Positions 8,283-19,258 of a stretch of DNA of 26,849 nt are shown one piece after another. The stretch covers positions 62,001 through 88,849 of the forward strand of contig JALAGF010005068.1 in the NCBI GenBank assembly GCA_030167865.1. Reading direction: 5' to 3'. This stretch comes from Craspedostauros australis (lineage: Eukaryota). Under the pieces are notes generated by a model that was given only the letters and a program-made list of their open reading frames with translations, was not told where the DNA came from and searched no databases. The stretch's first letter is position 1, and each line of letters opens with the position of its first letter. The translations under genes and the position numbers were made by a program.

Positions 8283-10526
8283 ATGCATCGACGCGCCGTC
8301 CATCAGACATCGTCAACCAAGACCGCTCTTGGATCCACGCCGGGAACGTGCGGCATCAATGACGATGATGGCTGGACGCCGGCTGGGAGCGGCAACAACG
8401 CAGCTGTGAACGGGATGGGTATCCCCAAGGGTTCCTCTTCGTCGACCACCATTGATTGCGGAGGCGCCGACGACTTCGTTCATCAGAGCATGAGCATGAG
8501 CATGAGCACTACCATCGACGATGGTGCTGGTGCCGGTGCCGGCACCAAGGGCAGCTACGACTACACCAAGAATGGCAACATTGGCACCAGCAGCAACACC
8601 AATGCCAGCACCAACACCAACGGCAACGTCCACATCAATGTCAACGCGAATCATGCACCAAGAACGAGGCATCGGCGTCGACGGTATCGCGCGAAGCCAG
8701 CAGGCATTTCTTGGCGTTACTTCTGGAACCGCTGCCTCAGCGCCATCACCTTCCAGGATGGTCCCAGCCCGTACAGCCACAACCAGCAGCGAGCGCTTCA
8801 CAAACTCAATGCAGCATCCAATCAACCCTACAAGCCCCGCTTGCGTCGGGAGGATGACTTCATCGACTTCATCTTGTTCACAGCCCAGTTGGTCTTGCTG
8901 TGCGCCATCGTCATTGGGATCACCTTCATCCTCTTCCTCTCATGGCATCGATGGGAACTCATCGTTCAATCCAACGATGCAGCAGCCCAGGCCAGAGGCG
9001 AACAGCCGACGCACCCATGGTGGAATCCCTTTGGATTGGTATCATCGTCGTTCCGGCAACACAAAAAAGGACACACCATAAACGGGAACAACGAATTTGA
9101 CATGGAGCCGATACCACCGTCCAAGATCTATCAAATCCCGCATACAATGCCTCATATCGGTGACAAATCTGATCGATACGCACGTCTGCGCAAGGACATG
9201 GATGAGAAGATGACGTCGTATTATGAGCACAACAGCGCCAGCGCCGGCACCGACGGAGATGGCATCGTTGAGTGGACACCGCCAGCCATCGACTACTGGG
9301 ACCTTCAGCAAAAGCCGATGGAGACGCAGACCCGTTTCGTTCGAGATGAAGCACATGGAGGCACCGGCCAGCACCGCAACGCTGCCGCCAACCAGCAATC
9401 ACCTGAAGATCTGACCGATGGCGATATCAATGGGGGCATCAAAACTCCGCAAGAGCCATACGACATTTACAACTGCCCAGCTACACCGCCCAAGGGATAT
9501 CCCTTCGAATGGAACCTCATGCAGCTGCTCACCGATTGGCCGCCGGATGATACGAATCCCAGGTTGCAAATTCACCAGGGGATCTGCGTCTTTGATTACC
9601 AGCAGGATTACGAAAAGGCGATGGCCTACCGGGAGGCGGAGCTGCCGTTCGTCACCAGGAACGATCCGAAGGTGCTGGAGGCGGTGCAGCGATGGAACAC
9701 ACCTGGCTATGTCAACGAGATGCTCGGATCCGTCAAGCACCGCACGGAGTACTCCGTCAGCAACCACTTCTTGTACTGGAACGCACCTTCGAAGCCTCAA
9801 AAGGGCAACAAGCATGGCCATCATCACAGAGGCTGGGGTGGAGGGTACAGCAAGAACAAAGTCCCTGAGAACTGGACATCGCCGACCACGATGTTACGCA
9901 TGACGTACTGGGATTGGTTGAAGAAGGCCAACGCCACAACGCCAACCGGGGAAGTGGATGACGACATCTTGGGGCCCAACCAACCGCACTGGTACTTTCG
10001 CCTGATCGGTTGCGGCGAGACCGGCCCGCACGGAGAATGCGACGCTGGGTCGTCGGAGTACCTTTTCGATGAGCTCCCATTCTTCCAGCCGAGGCCGGGC
10101 GATCTGTATCTCAAGACGCCACCCAAACAACGTGGCATCCACTGCCGCTTCGGAATGAAGGGCGTCATTGCGGAGAATCACTTTGACGGAAGCCGCAACA
10201 GCATCGTCGTGCTCAGCGGCGCACGGCGGTACATTCTCAACCACCCCAACCAGTGTGATCGGCTCCATCTCTACCCCAAGGGCCATCCATCCGCGCGCCA
10301 TTCCCAAATCGATTGGAGTCGTCCGGATGACATCAACTTGGAAGATGGGAATAGCGACTTCGCGGAGGCCACAGGCAACGAGGTCGTGTTGCAGGCAGGG
10401 GACGTCCTGTATCTGCCAACGCATTGGTTCCATTACATCGTCTCGTTGAAATTGAATTATCAGTGCAACACGCGTTCCGGCATCAGCGATGAATACATGG
10501 ACGCGATACAGGAGTGTGGATTTTGA
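8283..10526 (+). CDS. Membrane-anchored JmjC/cupin-like (Cupin_8-type) 2-oxoglutarate/Fe(II) oxygenase
   Basis: 747-aa ORF with a single TM segment (FILFTAQLVLLCAIVIGITFILFLSW) after a basic stretch. The C-terminal JmjC core has ENHFD (His 10179, Asp 10185), GARRYIL, HPSARHSQID and VVLQAGDVLYLPTHWFH (His 10431). Confidence 0.85.
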   Translation: MHRRAVHQTSSTKTALGSTPGTCGINDDDGWTPAGSGNNAAVNGMGIPKGSSSSTTIDCGGADDFVHQSMSMSMSTTIDDGAGAGAGTKGSYDYTKNGNIGTSSNTNASTNTNGNVHINVNANHAPRTRHRRRRYRAKPAGISWRYFWNRCLSAITFQDGPSPYSHNQQRALHKLNAASNQPYKPRLRREDDFIDFILFTAQLVLLCAIVIGITFILFLSWHRWELIVQSNDAAAQARGEQPTHPWWNPFGLVSSSFRQHKKGHTINGNNEFDMEPIPPSKIYQIPHTMPHIGDKSDRYARLRKDMDEKMTSYYEHNSASAGTDGDGIVEWTPPAIDYWDLQQKPMETQTRFVRDEAHGGTGQHRNAAANQQSPEDLTDGDINGGIKTPQEPYDIYNCPATPPKGYPFEWNLMQLLTDWPPDDTNPRLQIHQGICVFDYQQDYEKAMAYREAELPFVTRNDPKVLEAVQRWNTPGYVNEMLGSVKHRTEYSVSNHFLYWNAPSKPQKGNKHGHHHRGWGGGYSKNKVPENWTSPTTMLRMTYWDWLKKANATTPTGEVDDDILGPNQPHWYFRLIGCGETGPHGECDAGSSEYLFDELPFFQPRPGDLYLKTPPKQRGIHCRFGMKGVIAENHFDGSRNSIVVLSGARRYILNHPNQCDRLHLYPKGHPSARHSQIDWSRPDDINLEDGNSDFAEATGNEVVLQAGDVLYLPTHWFHYIVSLKLNYQCNTRSGISDEYMDAIQECGF

Positions 10527-10755
10527 GCTGACTGGCCGCCGCACACCTTCGTATCGCCACCAGCACAATGTATAGTTACACGATGAAAAGCACACAAGCA
10601 CAAAAGTACATAATAGAGCGTAAAGGTTCACCACGCACTCGGGGTTTACATTCCAAACACACACAATATCTTCAGAATTACTATGCATCATGCCATGGTC
10701 ATACTTGTACCGTTGCGTGTTGCACGAAGCATTTGATACGTAGAATTGGATAAGA

Positions 10756-13700
10756 TTAGTCGGTGTCCGGGATTCGCAACAGTTCATTGACCCGAGACTC
10801 TTCGAATTCAGCACGCAGCGAGAGGAAGGCCTTGGCGTCCTCCAAACTCAGATCCCAGTTCCCCTTGCGCTTGGACGACGTGACGATGTCGATCACATCA
10901 TCCAGATCATCCACGTTCAGCAGCTTGGCAATTTGGATCAACCGTGCCAACGGTGTGCAGGCTCTGTACAGCGCGATGTTCGATGTCAACTCGCTTGCAT
11001 CCAGCTTCGTCTTGACGTAGCTCAGCAGGCTGCGCATGTCAGAATCCAAGCTCAGGCTTCCCAATCTCGTGATCATGCACTGCGACGTTCACATGCGCGA
11101 TGATTGGATATGCGTTTTGCGTGTGTAGGTGTGTGAAAACGGAAAGAGAGAGAGAGAGTAATGGGTGAGAGAAGTACAAGGGCGGAATCACTTGACAAAT
11201 GCAATTCTGAACGCACACCAATCCAATCCAATCCAATTCAATTCAATTCAATTCAATCCAATCCAATCCAATCAAACCAAACCAAACCACAAGGATAAGA
11301 TGCCATTTCATGGCACACAACATCCCCTTGTCAACACTTACTTTCTTGATGGATGCCTCCAAACGCTTGCACGCGGCTCCCAGCACACCCAAGACCAACG
11401 AATCCGACAAGCGCGGTGCAAGATGGAGTCTCAGTGGCAACAGTAGGTCATCAAGGCAAGCGCACCTGAAGTGAAGAAAAGTGGAGGAAGATAAAACGAC
11501 AAGCATAGAACAAGGACAAAGAGACGTCCCAAAGAAAGACAGAGAGAAAATGAGAAATAAAGGAGAATCGGGTGTGAGAAGCAGTTGACAACCTTGCATG
11601 CGTGCATACGCGGATGAATTGCTCAACGCAATGGGCGGAGGTTATTCCACGCAACGCGATCGCTCAGCATGATGCCACTGCAGACAATTCCATTTGGAAC
11701 CTCCATTCAGAGACTCCATCAGGAAACCATATCTTGTAAATCACACTCCTGCCACTTGCAGTGATACACAACTCACATGTTGGACATGTAGCCCTCGCTG
11801 ATCTCCAGCAGCTGCTGCGATTCGTCGTCGAGGTTGTAGTTCATGCGGGCGGCCGCGCGGTCTGTGGGATGGCCGCCCACCATGACGGATGAGAACCCAG
11901 TGTTGCCCGATCCATCGATGCCGACCGAGTCGCTGACGATGTTGCGAATGCGTGGCTTGAGCACCGACACCAAGGATTCGATGGCATTTTCGGATGCAAG
12001 CTTGAAGGATTCGGCGACGGGCGTCAAGGACTTGACGCACAGCTTGAGCTGCTCCGTCTCGTGCGTGTTCTTAGGGAAGCCATTTTCGACTGCCGCCGTG
12101 AGCACCTTCTCCAGTTCATGCGTGTGATGCGCCGCGACATCCAGATCGTTCAGCGTGGCGCATGCCCAGGTGATGCCCTGTTCGACCTCCTGTCGCCGTG
12201 CAGCTTCGTCGATCTTGCCACCGCCGACCGCGTGACTCACGTTCTGACCTTGACGCATGAAGTTGGTTGCGTTGAAGAGGCCGGCGCTGCCCTCGAGCAA
12301 TCCTTCGCCTGGCTTCAGGGCGTTGACGCCCAGATCCTCTGCGCGGCGGCTCATGAATTCTACCAACACCCCGCGCAGGCTGTCGGCGCAGTAATTGGCA
12401 ACCGCGGACGCTGTGCCGGTGTGTCCAGTTGCGAAGGCTCGCTGGGTGCCGCGGCGTGCGGCGTATAGGCAAGTTTCCACCAACGTCGTTTGATGCGCAC
12501 GCGAAGCGACGTCTGGCGAATTCGCCTTGGTTCCCATGAGGCTGTACTGTCGCGGATCGTCGACAGGCGAAGCGAAAGACCGTTGCATGGATGCAAGCAG
12601 CAGGCAACGTTCCACGACCGAGTAGTAGCCACCGACTTCGGCCACGTCCTCGTGCAGCTGCGTGTGGGCTGGCAAGATTTCGATGGGAACGTAGTCCGCG
12701 CCATCCTCGTCTTCGTTGGCGTTCGCCGCTGATGCTGATGCCGACATTCCCGTTGCCCATTCCTTGCGTTCGCGTTCCATGCGCTTGCTCTCCACCTCCT
12801 GATCGAAACGCATGGCCCGTGCTTTGTTGACTTCGCGAACGGAATGGTTGATAAAGCGGGTGTAGGATTCCGCATGCTGCAAGCACAGCGCCGCCTCTTC
12901 CATGCTGCCGTCCACATCGGCCATGCTCCCAAGCTGCGCGGAGAAGCCGCAATCATCGAAGCCTGCTCCGCCGGTCATATCATCTCTACCGTACGCCTGG
13001 TGTCCACCGTATCGATCTTCGATGGCATTGTAGACATTCTGTGCCTTGTGAGCGAGCATGGGGAACTGCCGGTCGTTGATGTACGTCTTGAGCAGGGGTC
13101 CCACCGCTACTTCCACCTGGGAATGGATCAAGCGCACGACGGCTGCATCTCCCTGCGCCCGATGCAGGCAGTGCGACACCATTGGCAAGTGATGGCGCAG
13201 CAAGCGGCTGGCGACGTTGTACACACGTCCCATGGGAACGTACGGTGGTGGCATTGGCTTGCTGGGATCGGACGCGGTCGCCGCCTCCTCGAGCTGGGTG
13301 GAAAGCAGGCCCTTGAGGAATCGCAGGTACAGCGTGACGGCCTCCTGCTCCATGCGCACCTTCTGGACCAAGGGCGTGAGGCGCCCCAGGGTCTCCAGGT
13401 TGGACTGCTCCACCGCGTCCTGGTAATCCTCCAGAAGCTTCATCTTGAGCGCGTTCTGCGTCGATTCCAGCTGCGTGACGGTGTACTCTCCAGCGTAAGC
13501 CCGTGCGCGTTCTGTCAACCGCTCGCGTTGCTGCTGCACCAGGTAATCATGGATGGCATCGGCCGCCACCTCGTACCGGTGCGCGCTGAGGGATTGGGCG
13601 GCGACATCGGATGCCTTGCGCAGAACCAGGGCCGTCTCGACATCCTGCGCATGCTCCTCCATCTCGCGCTTCTCCTGTTCCAGCTGCTGGATCTCCTGCG

Positions 13701-14049
13701 ATGCTTGCGATCCGCCGGATGCGATCTTGGTGAGGGAGTTGAGGATGGAGTCGGCGCATGCCACCGCCTTGGCCACCGGGTGCGAGTCCATGTCCTGCGG
13801 ATTCGGCGCCGTGCCCAGCACATCCGGCAGTCCCAGCTCCAGCTCCGACATCTGATCGCTCAGCTGGGATGCCAGCTTGTGAGCCTTGACCTCGGAGCTT
13901 TGTGAGATCGCCATGAGGGCGGCGAAGGGATCCTCCGCATCCAACGCGTCCACCATGCTCTTCGGCACATCCTGGTTGAACAGCCGGTCATTGCCACTTC
14001 CGGTTGCGGCGTTGGCGCCTGCATCCGTGGTGGCCATCATCTTCGCCAT
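10756..14049 (-). CDS. COG4: Conserved oligomeric Golgi complex subunit 4; 3 exons: 14049-11777, 11465-11342, 11079-10756 (906 aa)
   Basis: Donors GTGAGT (11776) and GTAAGT (11341) and acceptors TTCAG (11466) and CGCAG (11080) join in frame (..YMSNM/CACLDDLL..SIKK/CMITRLGSLSLDSDMR). The C-terminus fits the COG4 pattern (LG.L.LD.D.R.L.SY...RL.QIA.LLN......W.L...A...L.LR.EF). The N-terminus is a coiled coil (EIQQLEQEKREME..YEVAADAIH). Confidence 0.88.
11218..11289. repeat. Compound pentamer microsatellite (ATCCA/ATTCA/AACCA) in COG4 intron 2
   Basis: About 14 pentamer units whose sequence drifts along the array. Confidence 0.9.
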
Positions 14050-14849
14050 CCGCCTCTTTTGCTGTTCCTTCCCGTTCTCTTCTTTATTTGTATTATATTA
14101 TTCTCTCCCGTGGCGTGTGGTGTGTGGCGTGTCGAGTGTGGAACTGGAGGAGTGTTGAGTGAAGGACTGCAGAAGAGTGCTCTTTGGGACGAACGATTGT
14201 CGGTGGGATCGAGGAGCGAGAAGCCAACAACAGTCGCTGGAGGCACAACGCAACCACCGCCATGGTCGGGGTCATCTCGTGCTGTTGGATCTCTTCCGTT
14301 GCGTGTTGCGGTTTCGTTCCGTGGACACACGAATTGGACGCTAACTAAGTACTTTCAACACGGTTTGGATTGCAATTTTGGTCGGCATGATGTTTCTCCC
14401 TCGCGGTTTCGGTGGCGCAACACAGCCACGAACCGCAACAAAAGAAGATGCAGGCATGTTTCCCACAAAACCATCGCTGAACGTGAAAAACAGGGACGGG
14501 TCAGTCGTTGACAGAGTGCCAACGAACACATGCGGCATCGCTGCGTCTCTGTTGCATCGACTGTGTTGGCGAAGTCTGTCGGCATCAAGAACGGAGAGGT
14601 GGAGGGAACATTGGGGTGAAAGACCACCTGCGGCGTGTCGACGTGATTTGGTTGGAGAAGAAAACGGCCACCACATTCTCCTCCCCGCATTTTCCAGTGA
14701 GGAGCAGGGAGCGCGCTGGGCATCCCAACTCGATTTCGTTTGGTTGGTGTCGCTCCGTTGGTAACTTGGGGATTGGCTGAGGAAGAACAGACCGACAGAT
14801 CAGGCGAGGACGATCTTCCACCAAACGTCTGACAAACTATACGAGTACC
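14050..14849. promoter_or_regulatory. Divergent promoter region between COG4 and the SNF2 helicase
   Basis: Head-to-head start codons 800 bp apart; no specific element identified. Confidence 0.4.
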
Positions 14850-17800
14850 ATGGTCATCGTCAACCCCTACGCGAAGAAGAGGCCAAGGCCAGCGCCTTCC
14901 GCAATTGCTGCGCCGGTAGCGATCGCAAATCGATACACCAAGACGAATGCAAGTACGAGCGCGAATCTAAGTGGCGGCGTGAAATTGAATGGGAGTACCA
15001 AAGGAAGCATTCATGGGAGTGCAGATGGGAGAGTCGTTGGAAGGCCTCATGTTGGTTTAAGGGGGCCGTCGGTGTCACTGAACACGCAAGCAAAAGCGCA
15101 AGCACAAGCGCAATCATCATTTCATCAACAACAACAGCAAACGCTACGGCAGAAACAGCGCCCGATACCGATACCAACGCCGGCGCCGGCTGTTGCACTT
15201 GCCAAAAACGTAGCCAGCAGCCGCCATCATCAGATTCAGAACAATGCAGCACAACCGATGCGGTCAAATGACGGCAAGAGGAATGCCGCACATTCCACAA
15301 CAGCAAAGCCGTACGTGCCGACGCCGAATCTTCCGCAGAAAACGCAGGCATCGAAGCCAACCATCATGGTCCCGTCAAAGGCCAAGCTCTTCCAACCAAC
15401 CCCGTTCCTCCAGAGATCGTATCAACCAAAGAATTGCAGTCCGTCCAAAGTGGCTCCTCGGATGGCGTACACGCCCAGCGATAATGTGCCCATGTTCCAT
15501 CATCGCCCTCCTGTCAGCAAGCTGCGGAAGATTCAGAAATTCGGCGAGACAATCGGTGAGGCACGGCCAATGCCTTCATCTGAATCGACATCCGCAAGCA
15601 TACCTTCACCTTCAGCGTCCAAGTTTGCATCTGCACCTGGGCCTGCATCCGCATCATGTACAACAACACTAGTGGGCAACACCGTCAAGCCCATCAACAT
15701 GTACGCAAGAAGGCCTGCGTCCAACACTCCACAACGAACAAGACCGACTGTGGCTGGTACCCAAGCAGTTGCATCACCTCGCGTTGGTACTGCTGGTGCC
15801 ACCAAGACCGGTTTCTCAAATGACACACATCAGCCACCTTCATTTGGAGCTTCGCCACCCAGCAAAGGCCAGTCAATACAGCAAAGGCAACGGCAGCAGC
15901 AGCAGTATGTCAAACGGCCCGCTTCTACTTTCGCATCTCCCCAAAGAATCGCAACATTCGCAGCCTCCAAAAGGAACACAAGTGTCAACGCCAAACAGGC
16001 AAACAACAGGACAAGCCAATACAATCCAAACACCTACCGACAATCAAGGATGAACACAAGCAATATCAACGTCATCAAATCATTCAGGCCCGCTCAATGG
16101 AACACCACAAAGACCAACCCTCCAGCACAACCGCACCAAACTCAACAACAACAGCGGCAGCAACAGCAACACAATAGACCCGGTGCGCCTGTACAACGCC
16201 TTGAAATCGAAGGCGAAAGTCTCATCCCTCGCGAGATATATTTCGCACCCAACTCCTTTGCTCCAGTCGATGATGGATACCGCACACAGCTCATCAAGCA
16301 TGCCGACGTAACAAAGCCGCTTCTGAATGGGTGGACCCTGTACCCGCATCAAAAACGTGCCATCGTCATGAGTTTGAGATGGCGGCGCATCATCCTAGCC
16401 TTGGACATGGGACTTGGAAGTAAGTTCATGTCACTGGCATTCAATGTGGCGCAACGAGAAGAGGATCATGCGCAACGTGCGACAATCCTTTGAGCAAGAT
16501 CCTTCGAACCTTCCTCCACTGTATCGGTTGGACATGTTGTACTCGGACAGTGTGAAGAGTATGGGATGGAGGATTCATCTGCTCCAGCGCTCACTCCGCG
16601 TTCTTCCTTGATTTTTTCTTCTTCTGGCACCACTCACCACTCGCCCCTCTCATTTTGCGTCGCCGTCGCCGCACCGCACTCACTCACTCACTCACTCACT
16701 CCAACCATGGCCAACAATCTCCGCACAACGAATGCCAGAAACACTGATTGGCTGCGTTTGGGCCAGGGCATTCAAGCGAACCTTCGACAACATCAAAGTC
16801 TTCGTCATTTGCCCTGTCTCGCTCAAGATGGATTGGAAACGAACCGCCGAAGCCGCAACTGGTTTGGCCGTGGAGGACCTGGAGCCAAACAAGAAGAAGA
16901 AGAAGAAAACTAAGACGAAGGCGAAAACGAAAAACGACAAGAACGGCGCCAATAGCGCCGACACTGACAACAACGGCAACCTACTCAATGGCAGTGATGA
17001 AGATGAAAAGCCCGCACCGTCCATCTACGATTTGCAGATTTGCAGCTGGGCGAAGATCCCAAAGTCTGTGGACGGTAGCATCGAACGATACATCGTCGTT
17101 TGTGACGAGGCGCACAGCATCCAATCCATGACGTCCACAAGAACCAAGGACGCGTTGAGCCTGGTTGATGACAAACGATGCGCTGGTGTCCTGCTGTTGA
17201 CGGGAACTCCCATGAAGAATGGCAAACCGCTGAACTTGTTCCCCTTGCTCAAGGCAATCCGGCACCCATTCGGAAGACATCAAAAGGCCTACGAACGTCA
17301 TTTCTGCGCAGGTCAAGAACGATTCGTCGGTCGAGGAACGGTGTGGGACGCGAATGGCGCATCCAACTTGAAGCAGCTCCACAGGCTCATAGCACCGATT
17401 CTCCTGTACACGACGAAGGAGGACTGCTTGAAGGACCTTCCACCCATGAAACGTGAGACCAGACACGTCCCAGTCAGCAGTCGGTGTCAGATTCAGTACA
17501 TGAACAGTGTGAAGGAGCTGGTACGTTGCTCCATGCAGAATTGTTGGCGTTGTGTGGGACGGTGGCGGGGGACTGCGGCCATCCCACATGAAAGGACACG
17601 CAACGCACCATGAACTGTTGATGCTGCTGTTGCTGATGGACTGTGACAATGGCTAACAACATTCGCTCTTTCTCTGTATATTATTTTGTTTTCCGTCACA
17701 CAATATTCGCACGAATGCCTTCATGCTGGGTCGCCTGCCCTCATGCTTGGCTGCTTACGTGACTGGTTTTGGGTGTACTGGCATTGCCATGACGCATTCA

Positions 17801-18676
17801 TACCGTGCAGCACAAGATCTACAATGCATCACGAAGTGAGGACACGGGCACGGAGGCTGTATTGGGAGGAACGCAGCGTTTGCGTCTCACTTGCGCCAAG
17901 GCGAAGATTTCTGCCGCAGTCGAGACCTCAAAGCAACTGCTGCTCAAAGACACCGCAGCCATCGTCATCTTCACCAATTTTGTTCAAGTCGCCAAGACGA
18001 TCAAAAAGCAACTGGAAGAAGCAAGCTGGTCTGTGGAGATACTGACAGGGGAAACGCCGAGCAACAAGAGGCACGTGGCCGTGGACAACTTTCAGGTGAG
18101 TTCATTAGTGGAAGTGAAGGATACTACCGTTGCCATGTTTTCGTGATGTTGAAAGCCTCAACATTGCACTTGCAATCTTGATCTGTATGCTCATGATTTT
18201 CATGTTCACGTAATACGTCTTCGCACTCATATCTGTACTCGTGCGCGTACTCGGACTCGTACTTTTGATCACTTCGCCATCCATCCACCTTGCATGTCTT
18301 TGGATGTGATGCGACGCAGAATGGATTATCATCGGTCTTCGTGTGCACGTTCGGGGCCGGAGGAGTCGGTCTGACGCTCACAGCAGCATCGACCATCATC
18401 TTGCTGGACAGACCGTGGACGCCAGGCGAGACCCGGCAGGCAGAAGACCGCGTGCGGCGCATCGGACAAACGAGGGAAGTGACTTCCATCTGGATGAGCG
18501 CATTTGACCTCGATGATCAGCTCGACAGGATGTTGGAATCGAAAACGAAAACTTCCGATGTTGTTCTGGTGAATGGGGAGCTGCCACTCGCAACATCAAG
18601 AGCCAAGATCAGCATCCCACAACTCCTGACAAGGCTCTTCGCCAGCCCTAAACTAGGAGCACAACTCAAGAAGTGA
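14850..18676 (+). CDS. SNF2-family helicase/translocase, SMARCAL1/ZRANB3-like; 4 exons: 14850-16419, 16739-17520, 17811-18095, 18320-18676 (997 aa)
   Basis: Splicing rebuilds Walker A as ILALDMGLG-K-TLIG across intron 1. Other motifs: LYPHQ (Q motif), VICPVSL..W (Ia), CDEAH (II), LLLTGTPMKN (III), AGGVGLTLTAA (V) and WTPG...QAEDRVRRIGQ (VI). All three introns are GT..AG and keep the frame. The first ~450 aa are P/Q/S/T-rich low complexity. Confidence 0.9.
16677..16700. repeat. (CACT)6 microsatellite in helicase intron 1
   Basis: Six perfect copies. Confidence 0.9.
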
Positions 18677-19258
18677 CGGAACAATCGACGACTGCTGTAT
18701 TTCCTTGATCTGTTCTTAGTGTGTGTCCAAAATATATGTCCATGAGTTAGTTAATCATACCAGGATGAAGGCTGTTGCTCAAGAGTGCAATACTTTCCTT
18801 TGGCTATAGTTATTCCTCTGTCGATCGATTGTGAATCCTTCCTGTTGGTTAGTGCTGTCGGTGCTGTTGTTCCTTGCCCTTCGTCATCATTCTGCGTTGA
18901 ATCGCATGCAACGGTGATTTTCCTTGGACATGAGGGGGCCAAACTGACGGAAACTCTCGCCATGGATTGTCCTCCAGTATTTCAGGACCCTCCATTCCTT
19001 GAAGGATGGCGTATGCCATACTTGTAGAGCAAACTTTGGACATCCACTCGCGTGGATTCTCGAGCAAAGGTTGACGCAATGGTACCTGAGCGAAAAATAG
19101 AGTTGAGTATCTGATCATGTTCCACAATCAAATGCTGCGACACGGTCCCCGTGTGCGCACATCGGTAAGATACGAGTAGAGAGTAGGCTGATCTGATCTG
19201 CTGTGACGTGCGCTGCGCTTCTCAAGTCTGCGGGACCACTCACCATTTGCAGGCCATC

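Noticed and set aside
10756-11076. Stand-alone 106-aa ORF
   Set aside because: It is the last exon of COG4, joined in frame by GT-AG introns.
12844-13905. Long antisense or alternate-frame ORFs (e.g. 353 aa at 12844-13905 +, 266 aa at 778-1578 +, 306 aa at 9894-10814 -, 326 aa at 6568-7548 +)
   Set aside because: They overlap well-supported genes and have no recognisable motifs; they are expected shadows of GC-rich codon usage.
16420-16738. Apparent frameshift or split of the helicase at Walker A (DMGLGS instead of DMGLGKT)
   Set aside because: A phase-1 GT-AG intron restores GKT, so it is neither a pseudogene nor recoding.
18751-19140. Minus-strand frame of ~130 codons interrupted by a single TGA (possible readthrough, selenocysteine or pseudogene)
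   Set aside because: No recognisable domain, no start context, no SECIS-like element seen; it lies between convergent 3' ends.
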